This document shows positions 34,321-41,185 of a DNA stretch of 41,185 nt, in pieces; the first letter of the stretch is position 1, and every line of letters begins with the position of its first letter. Source of the stretch: a bacterium (GTDB lineage Bacteria > Zhuqueibacterota > Zhuqueibacteria > Oceanimicrobiales > Oceanimicrobiaceae); NCBI GenBank assembly GCA_037446635.1, contig JBBIIG010000036.1, forward strand, positions 1 through 41,185. The letters are read 5' to 3'. The notes under the pieces are model-generated. The model did not search any database and was not told the DNA's origin. It worked only from the letters and a program-made list of their open reading frames with translations. Position numbers and translations under genes: made by a program.

Positions 34321-35424
34321 TCACTCATCCCCGAACGACGTCCCTACCGCCCGCGCCGACTCAATTTCCTGGCAACCCACTGGCACCAGCCGCTGCTGCT
34401 TGATGGCTTCTTTAATGGGCACCGCAATAATCTCCGTGCCCCGCAGCGCCACCATGTGCCCGAACTGCCCCTTGGCCGCCAGCTCGCACGCCATGAATCC
34501 AAACTTGGTGGAGAGATTGCGGTCAAAAGGTGTGGGCGAGCCGCCGCGCTGCAAATGGCCCAACACGGTTACGCGCGTTTCGAGGCCGGTATCTTTGCTG
34601 ATGCGGTGCGCCACCAACTCGCCAATGCCACCGAGCCGTACGGCATCCGTGCGGCGGCGATCCATTTCTTTCACGACCATTTCGCCGTCCGCCGGTTTGG
34701 CGCCCTCCGCCACACAAACAATGCTGAAGCGCTTGCCGTGCAGGCTGCGGTCTTTAACTTTATTACAAATGCTTTCCCATTTAAATGGAATTTCCGGAAT
34801 GAGAATGATGTCGGCGCCGCCGGCCAGCCCCGCGCCCAACGCAATCCAGCCCGCGTAACGGCCCATCACTTCGATGACCATCACGCGGTGATGCGAGGAA
34901 GCCGTGGTGTGCAGCCGGTCGATGGCCTCGGTGGCGACATACAGCGCGGAGTCGTAACCGAACGTGATGTCGGTGGCGGAGAGATCGTTGTCGATGGTTT
35001 TGGGCACGCCGACAATATTGAGCCCCAATTGCGCGAGCTTGTTGCAGATATGCATAGTGCCGTCGCCGCCGATGGCCACCATGGCATCGAGGCCCCAGCG
35101 TTTGTAATTGCGCACGGCCCGCGACGATTCATCCGTGATTTTTACCTGGCCATCCAGTTCTTCAATGGGATAATGAAAGGGGTCGCCCTTGTTGGAGGTT
35201 CCTAAAATGGTGCCGCCTAAAGATAAAATTCCCGACACCTCGTGGTTGCTGAGCTCGTGCATACGGCCCTCTACCAGCCCCTCGAAGCCATCCTCAATGC
35301 CGATGACCGTGGCATCGTATTTTCCCATTGCCGACTTGGCCACCGCGCGAATCACCGCGTTCAACCCCGGACAGTCGCCGCCACCGGTGACAATTCCCAA
35401 TCGTTTGATTCCAATTTTCGCCAT
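34321..35424 (-). CDS. pfkA: 6-phosphofructokinase (group III / mixed-substrate type, probably ATP-dependent)
   Basis: TGGGDCPGLN, GGTILGTS, GGDGT (Gly at the ATP/PPi-determining site), PKTIDND, EVMGR, LGHLQRGG. Confidence 0.95.
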   Translation of the reverse strand: MAKIGIKRLGIVTGGGDCPGLNAVIRAVAKSAMGKYDATVIGIEDGFEGLVEGRMHELSNHEVSGILSLGGTILGTSNKGDPFHYPIEELDGQVKITDESSRAVRNYKRWGLDAMVAIGGDGTMHICNKLAQLGLNIVGVPKTIDNDLSATDITFGYDSALYVATEAIDRLHTTASSHHRVMVIEVMGRYAGWIALGAGLAGGADIILIPEIPFKWESICNKVKDRSLHGKRFSIVCVAEGAKPADGEMVVKEMDRRRTDAVRLGGIGELVAHRISKDTGLETRVTVLGHLQRGGSPTPFDRNLSTKFGFMACELAAKGQFGHMVALRGTEIIAVPIKEAIKQQRLVPVGCQEIESARAVGTSFGDE

Positions 35425-35452
35425 TTTGAACCCTTGCAGTAATAGTTGGCAA

Positions 35453-35481
35453 AAAATACTGATTCCGTGTTTGAAAGTCAA
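35453..35481 (-). promoter_or_regulatory. Putative sigma-70 promoter of pfkA
   Basis: TTGACT-17 nt-TATTTT on the minus strand, about 30 nt upstream of the ATG. Confidence 0.55.
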
Positions 35482-35491
35482 GGCGCAAGAA

Positions 35492-35523
35492 ACCTCAGGG
35501 CGATTCACGAATCGCCCCGAGGT
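35492..35523. repeat. REP-like palindrome in the pfkA/gcvP divergent region
   Basis: acctcagggcgattc-ac-gaatcgccccgaggt. Confidence 0.75.
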
Positions 35524-35638
35524 GATATTTTTATAGCCTTTTTGAATTTAATTTTGTAAAATTGCAGCGCGCTTTTCCGATGGTAGTACTGAAACTTACT
35601 TGACAACTAACTGCAAAACGTAAGGAACGAAAAGAAGT

Positions 35639-38542
35639 ATGAAACTCAACCTGCAACCCGCTGACTCGTTCACCAACCGACACATTGGCCCCAACCAACA
35701 AGAACTCGAGCAAATGCTCAAAGTTGTGGGCGCCGAGTCATTAGACACGCTAATTTACGAAACCCTCCCGGATGACATTCGCTTGCCGAAGCCGCTCGAC
35801 TTGCCCGCCGCGATGACGGAATTCGAGCTGCTGCAGAGCCTCAAAACCATCGCGCAGAAAAACAAAGTTTTCAAATCATACATTGGACTGGGATATTACG
35901 ACTGCGTTGTGCCCGCGGTGATTCAACGCAACATTTTTGAGAACCCCGGCTGGTACACCCAGTACACGCCCTATCAAGCCGAAATCTCGCAGGGGCGGCT
36001 GGAGGCGCTGCTGAATTTTCAAACCATGGTGATGGACTTGACCGGCATGGAGATCGCCAATGCCTCGCTGTTAGATGAAGCCACCGCCGCCGCCGAGGCC
36101 ATGACCATGCTGCACCGGCTGCGCAACAAGGAACTCGTCGCTCGCAACGCCAACGCTTTTTTTGTTTCGGATAAATGTTTCCCGCAGACTATCGACGTGC
36201 TGAAAACACGCGCTGAGCCGTTGGGCATCGAGTTGGTTTTTGGCGATGCGCAGCGGTTTCAATTCAACGAAAAAATTTACGGGGCCATCGTGCAGTATCC
36301 GGATGCCGAGGGCAGCGTGGTTGATTTTTCCGATTTCATCACTCGCGCCCACGTGGTGGGGGCGACGGTGACGATGGCAGTTGATTTATTGAGCTTGTGC
36401 CTGTTGACGCCGCCGGGAGAAATGGGCGCCGACGTGGTGGTCGGATCCTCCCAGCGTTTCGGCGTGCCAATGGGATATGGCGGGCCGCACGCGGCGTTTT
36501 TCGCCACCCGCGATGAATTCAAACGCCAGATGCCAGGGCGCATCATCGGCGTCTCGATCGATGCGCACGGCAATCGCGGCTACCGTATGGCGCTGCAAAC
36601 GCGCGAGCAGCACATTCGCCGCGAGAAAGCCACTTCCAATATTTGCACCGCACAAGCCCTGCTGGCGATCATGGCCGGCATGTATGCCGTCTATCACGGC
36701 CCCCGCCGGCTGCGCGCCATCGCGGAGCGTGTGCACGGCTTCGCCAAAATTTTGGAAATCGAATTGAAGAAGTTGGGCTTTCAACAGAAAAATCCGTTTT
36801 ACTTCGATACTCTCAAAATTCAACTGCCGCCGTTTGGCGGTCAAACCTCAGAAGGTCTGCGGGCGCTGGCCGAACCCGCCGGCGTCAATTTCCGATATAT
36901 CGATCGCTTGCATGTTGGAATCTCTTTGGATGAAACCACTCAGCCCGGCGACCTGCAAACGATTCTCGAACTGTTTGGCAAAACCACCGGCATCCCGGTG
37001 CAGCGCATCGATTTTGAGCGCCACGCTACGCATCTTGAAATGGATTACCCGGAAAACCTGCGGCGCAAAAGCGCTTACTTGCAGCATCCAGTTTTCAACT
37101 CGTATCATTCCGAAACCAAAATGATGCGCTACATCAAATCGCTGGAAAACAAAGACCTCTCGCTCACCACTTCAATGATTCCACTCGGTTCCTGCACCAT
37201 GAAACTCAACGCCGCGGCGGAGCTGCTGCCAGTGAGCTGGCCGGAATTCGTGAAATTGCACCCATTTGCGCCGGCAGAGCAGGCGCAGGGCTACGCGCAG
37301 ATCTTTTCGGAGTTAGAAAAAGCGCTGTGCGAAATCACCGGCCTGGCGGCGGTGTCGTTCCAACCGAACTCCGGCGCGCAGGGCGAGTACACCGGTCTGC
37401 AGGTCATTCGCGCGTATCACAAAGATCGCGGCGAGCCGAATCGCAACGTGGTGCTGATTCCGTCGTCGGCGCACGGCACCAATCCCGCCAGCGCGGTGAT
37501 GGCCGGCGCACAAGTGGTGATCGTCGCCTGCGATGAGCGCGGCAACATCGACGTGGAAGATTTGAAAGCCAAAGCCGGTCAGCACCAAAACCGGCTTGCG
37601 GCGCTGATGGTTACGTACCCTTCGACGCACGGGGTCTTTGAAACCAAAATTCGCGAAATCTGCCGCATCGTCCATGAGCAGGGCGGGCAGGTTTACATGG
37701 ATGGCGCGAATCTCAACGCGCAAGTAGGACTCACCAGTCCCGGCCTCATCGGCGCGGATGTGTGCCATTTGAATTTGCACAAAACTTTCAGCATTCCGCA
37801 CGGCGGTGGCGGTCCGGGCATGGGGCCGATTGCTGTGGCGAAACACCTCGCGCCTTTTTTGCCGAAGCATCCTCTGGCGCAGGTTGGCGGCGAAAAGGGC
37901 ATTCACGCGGTCGCTGCAACCCCGTGGGGCAGCGCCAGCATTCTTTTAATTTCGTATGCCTACATCAAAATGCTGGGCCGCGATGGCCTAACTGACGCCA
38001 CCCGCTATGCCATTCTCAACGCCAATTATATCAAAGCGAGATTGGAGAACGCCTACCCGGTTTTATATAAAGGAGAACGCGGCCGCGTGGCGCACGAGCT
38101 GATTTTCGATTTGCGGCCGCTGAAGGCCGCCAGCAATGTCGAAGTCGAAGACGTGGCGAAACGCTTGATGGACTACGGCTTCCACGCGCCGACGGTCTCG
38201 TTCCCTGTGCCCGGTACATTGATGGTGGAACCCACGGAAAGCGAATCGAAGGACGAGCTGGATCGCTTCTGCGATGCCATGCTCGCGATTCGACAAGAAA
38301 TTCAAGATATCGCCGAGGGCAAATCTGACAAAGCCGACAACCCGCTCAAAAACGCGCCGCATACGGCCGCTGCGGTTTTGGCCGATGACTGGAAGCATCC
38401 GTATTCGCGAGCCCAAGCCGCGTATCCGCTGCTGTATTTGAAATCGAACAAATTCTGGCCGCCAGTGGGTCGCATCGACAATGCTTACGGCGATCGCAAT
38501 TTGGTGTGCGCGTGTCCGCCGGTGGAGGCGTATCAGTCTTAA
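35639..38542 (+). CDS. gcvP: Glycine dehydrogenase (decarboxylating), single-chain P protein
   Basis: [39 protein letters not shown]-site [16 protein letters not shown]. Confidence 0.97.
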   Translation: MKLNLQPADSFTNRHIGPNQQELEQMLKVVGAESLDTLIYETLPDDIRLPKPLDLPAAMTEFELLQSLKTIAQKNKVFKSYIGLGYYDCVVPAVIQRNIFENPGWYTQYTPYQAEISQGRLEALLNFQTMVMDLTGMEIANASLLDEATAAAEAMTMLHRLRNKELVARNANAFFVSDKCFPQTIDVLKTRAEPLGIELVFGDAQRFQFNEKIYGAIVQYPDAEGSVVDFSDFITRAHVVGATVTMAVDLLSLCLLTPPGEMGADVVVGSSQRFGVPMGYGGPHAAFFATRDEFKRQMPGRIIGVSIDAHGNRGYRMALQTREQHIRREKATSNICTAQALLAIMAGMYAVYHGPRRLRAIAERVHGFAKILEIELKKLGFQQKNPFYFDTLKIQLPPFGGQTSEGLRALAEPAGVNFRYIDRLHVGISLDETTQPGDLQTILELFGKTTGIPVQRIDFERHATHLEMDYPENLRRKSAYLQHPVFNSYHSETKMMRYIKSLENKDLSLTTSMIPLGSCTMKLNAAAELLPVSWPEFVKLHPFAPAEQAQGYAQIFSELEKALCEITGLAAVSFQPNSGAQGEYTGLQVIRAYHKDRGEPNRNVVLIPSSAHGTNPASAVMAGAQVVIVACDERGNIDVEDLKAKAGQHQNRLAALMVTYPSTHGVFETKIREICRIVHEQGGQVYMDGANLNAQVGLTSPGLIGADVCHLNLHKTFSIPHGGGGPGMGPIAVAKHLAPFLPKHPLAQVGGEKGIHAVAATPWGSASILLISYAYIKMLGRDGLTDATRYAILNANYIKARLENAYPVLYKGERGRVAHELIFDLRPLKAASNVEVEDVAKRLMDYGFHAPTVSFPVPGTLMVEPTESESKDELDRFCDAMLAIRQEIQDIAEGKSDKADNPLKNAPHTAAAVLADDWKHPYSRAQAAYPLLYLKSNKFWPPVGRIDNAYGDRNLVCACPPVEAYQS

Positions 38543-38572
38543 TCCCGGCCATCGTTGAAGGGCATGCGGGAT

Positions 38573-38645
38573 TGTAACGCAAACCTCTGGTTTGCGACTC
38601 TCGGATACCGATCCGCTTTGCGGAAAAGCCGCGCTTTGAGTTACA
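38573..38645. repeat. 73-bp REPIN/MITE-like element, copy 2 (inverted relative to copy 1)
   Basis: tgtaacgcaaacctctggtttgcg...gctttgagttaca. Confidence 0.9.
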
Positions 38646-38880
38646 TTGATCCGAGAGTGTCTTAAGGTTGTCGAAATTGAACAAGTAGTGAAAAAATTTA
38701 TCCTTGTTTTGACAACATTATTTTACTAAATTAGCCCGATTTTTTTTGATTGAAAGGAGAGGGAGGAACGAGGGCGCCTTTGAACGCCCTCATTTTGATT
38801 AAACGCCAACTCAGCCGCAAAGCCGCCAAACTCTCTTTTCCCTGCCTTTTTACAAATAGCGTCACAAAACCGGAGGGCGA

Positions 38881-40197
38881 TTGAGCAACTTATTCAAACA
38901 GTTCTTTGACATCCGCCGCGAGGAGTGGCCGAAGGCGATTCTCATGTCGCTCTATTTCTTTCTGGTGATCGCGACATTTCAAGCATTAAAGCCCATGAAG
39001 CGCGGCGCCTTCCTCAGCTACTACGGCGAAACCACCTTTGATTTTTTGGGAAGAATGTTCCGCGGCCCCGAAGCCGAACAGTTTGCCAAAGTGTTAAACA
39101 TGATTTTTGCCTATTTGATCGCCACTATCTTCACTCTAATGGTGAGAAGGCTCGCGCGCCAAAACCTGATTCTAATTTTTTGTGGCGTGTTTGCTCTTGC
39201 CTTTGCATTTTATGCCATCTTGCTCAGCAATCTGAGCGGCGGCGTGGTTTGGTCTTTCTATGTTTTCGGCGACATGTTCAACACTGCGATGGTAGCCCTG
39301 TTCTGGGCATTTATGAACGACACGGTGGTAGCGGATGAGGCCAAGCGCATTTACGGCATCGTAGGATTGGGGGGCGTCATCGGAGGGTTGGTAGGCAGCA
39401 CCATCGTCAAAGAATATGTCGAAGCCGTGGGGCGCGAGCCGATTTTGCTGATGTGCATTGCGCCGATGCTGGCCATTGCGGCCATTGGCTTCACCGTTAA
39501 TAAAATGGCGACAAAGAAGCAAATGATAGAGCAACCGCTAACAGCCACGGAACCCAAACCAAAAACCAATGCGGCCATCGAGGGCGCAAAGCTGGTGTTT
39601 TCATCTAAGTATTTGCTTGCCATTGCCGGAATTTTAGGGTTGTATGAGATCGTCTCCAACGTGGTTGATTTTCAGCTTTCGGCGAGCGTGGACAAATTTG
39701 TCAAAGGTGATCTGGAAAAAGATGCCTACTTCGGGCTAGTGGGGTATATCACCAACAGCGTGTCGATCATTGTGCAGTTATTTTTGACCAGCTTTATAAT
39801 GAAGCGGTTCGGCGTAGGTGTGGCTTTGTTATTTCTGCCAATCTCAATTCTGTTCGGATCGCTTGGTTTTTTGTTCGTTCCTACCCTGCTGTTCGCCACC
39901 ATGATGTCTGCGAGCGACAACAGCTTGAATTACTCCATTAACCAGTCTGCGAAAGAAGCCTTGTATGTTCCCACCACGAAAGATGAAAAATACAAAGCCA
40001 AGGCGTTTATTGATATGTTCGTGCAGCGCTTCGCGAAAGTGATTGCCGTGGTTGTGAATCTCGTGGTGGTTGCCTATGTGAGCATCGAGAACGTGCGCTG
40101 GCTGTCGTTGGTTGCAATTCTCGTCATCGTTTTTTGGATTGGCATCGCTCGCTTTGCCGGCAAGAAATTCGAGGAAATTGCACAGCCAGCAGTCTAA
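38881..40197 (+). CDS. NTT/TLC-family (Npt1/Npt2-like) MFS nucleotide carrier
   Basis: IRREEW start, LKPMKR, FWAF..D, EAKRIYG, YSINQSAKEALYVP, KYKAKAFIDMFVQRF; about 12 TMs; TTG start with GGAGG RBS. Confidence 0.82.
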   Translation: MSNLFKQFFDIRREEWPKAILMSLYFFLVIATFQALKPMKRGAFLSYYGETTFDFLGRMFRGPEAEQFAKVLNMIFAYLIATIFTLMVRRLARQNLILIFCGVFALAFAFYAILLSNLSGGVVWSFYVFGDMFNTAMVALFWAFMNDTVVADEAKRIYGIVGLGGVIGGLVGSTIVKEYVEAVGREPILLMCIAPMLAIAAIGFTVNKMATKKQMIEQPLTATEPKPKTNAAIEGAKLVFSSKYLLAIAGILGLYEIVSNVVDFQLSASVDKFVKGDLEKDAYFGLVGYITNSVSIIVQLFLTSFIMKRFGVGVALLFLPISILFGSLGFLFVPTLLFATMMSASDNSLNYSINQSAKEALYVPTTKDEKYKAKAFIDMFVQRFAKVIAVVVNLVVVAYVSIENVRWLSLVAILVIVFWIGIARFAGKKFEEIAQPAV

Positions 40198-40269
40198 CGT
40201 GGAAGATCGATGTCTTTTTGTTAGTTGAAATAGAAAAATAGATTGCAAACATAGAAAGGAGGATTTAAT

Positions 40270-41185
40270 ATGGGTATGTCATCGACATCTTTTGCCGCCA
40301 ACGCCGCGGACCTGCCGATGCAACGCAATTACTGGATTCACAGCAAACAATGGGATTTGACGTTCATCATTCTCAGCGCGGCGCTCATCGCCTTACCCCT
40401 GGTGATGAATCGATACCTGGGAATTTCCCGGCTGATGGTAGCATTTTCGGTCACCATCCTCATTGGCGGGCCGCACATGTACGCCACCTTCACCCGCACC
40501 TTGATGGAGAAAAAGTTCATCAAAAAACATCCGTTCATCATGATTGGGACGCTGCTGGTACCGGTGGGCGTTTTTGTGCTGGGGCTCAACGCGTTTATCG
40601 TGCTTTTGACCATCTTCTTTTTCTGGGCCTCGATTCATGTGCTGCACCAGGTGGTCTATCTCGTGGATTGCTATAATACTAAAAGCGCCAAAAGCCTGTC
40701 GCTGCAGTCCCGCTTAATTGATTACGCCGTGGTTCTCACCAGCCTCTATCCCATCGCTTTCAAACGAATGGTGGATGGCACCTTTGCGATTGGAAAAAAC
40801 AGCCTGCTGTTTCCCGATTTCCTGCGCCACGACTGGGTGTGGATGGCGTCGCTGTTTGTCTTTGTTTTGATGTTGATCCTATTTACCGCTAAAACCATCC
40901 GCGAGTATATGGACGGCACCATCCTCTGGCCGAAGGTGTTGTTGATTTACACCACGGCCTTTGCGGCGTTTTTGATTCCCACCTTCGACGATCTCGATGT
41001 AGCGTTTCAGGGCATGAACACCTGGCATTCGTTCCAGTATTTGGGGCTGACGTGGTATATCAATCGCTTGCGACTTGAACGCGGGGAAATTTCCACGGGC
41101 TTTGTGCAAAAAATTTCCCAAAAAAACTGGGCTTATTACGGAACGGTGGTGGCCATGACCTTAGGCGCGGGGGTGATCATTTTCG
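40270..41185 (+). CDS. Polytopic membrane protein with conserved-looking His motifs (runs off the right edge; missing from the ORF track)
   Basis: RBS AAGGAGG, ATG 40270, open to the window end: MGMSST..WIHSKQWDL..GGPHMYATFTR..WASIHVLHQ..NTWHSFQYLGLTW. Confidence 0.82.
   Translation, partial: MGMSSTSFAANAADLPMQRNYWIHSKQWDLTFIILSAALIALPLVMNRYLGISRLMVAFSVTILIGGPHMYATFTRTLMEKKFIKKHPFIMIGTLLVPVGVFVLGLNAFIVLLTIFFFWASIHVLHQVVYLVDCYNTKSAKSLSLQSRLIDYAVVLTSLYPIAFKRMVDGTFAIGKNSLLFPDFLRHDWVWMASLFVFVLMLILFTAKTIREYMDGTILWPKVLLIYTTAFAAFLIPTFDDLDVAFQGMNTWHSFQYLGLTWYINRLRLERGEISTGFVQKISQKNWAYYGTVVAMTLGAGVIIF

Noticed and set aside
35478..35523. aaggcgcaa...ctcagg upstream of gcvP resembling a glycine riboswitch core
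   Set aside because: It lacks the GGAGA and CCGAAG elements and a P1 stem. The segment is explained by the pfkA -35 box and a REP-like palindrome. An Infernal scan with the glycine riboswitch model would settle it.

Overview
Bacterial chromosomal window, about 55% GC by eye, with no rRNA, tRNA, CRISPR array or transposase. The MGQQQLLL-type pilin and the gene style suggest a KSB1/Calditrichota/Ignavibacteria-like organism (inference). A type IV pilus locus on the minus strand is split into two blocks. The right block is pilM-pilN fusion, pilO, pilP-like, pilQ, pilT (25.1-31.7 kb). The left block is pilin, pilC, pilB and a second, divergent PilT-family ATPase (0-4.8 kb). Directly upstream of the left block, on the same strand and behind a near-consensus sigma-54 promoter, is a five-gene Ser/Thr phospho-signalling module: a PEGA-domain non-RD kinase, a double-FHA/FG-GAP membrane protein, a membrane PP2C, a membrane TPR-like protein and a TPR-pseudocyclase-pseudokinase. 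Between the blocks, on the plus strand, an RsbU/RsbW/RsbV-type partner switch with no sigma factor is tightly coupled to an MlaE/F/D-PqiC-like transporter. It is followed by an NtrC-family activator, a lytic transglycosylase and two histidine-kinase-related genes. The right end holds ecfA, a DUF1028-TPR gene, pfkA, gcvP, an NTT-family carrier and a His-motif membrane protein. A DUF433/DUF5615 toxin-antitoxin cassette (toxin with a nonsense codon) sits between pfkA and a diverged duplicate of pfkA's own 3' end. Intergenic spaces carry many heptamer tandem arrays, REP-like hairpins and MITE-like elements. Family calls come from motif recognition only; no searches were run.
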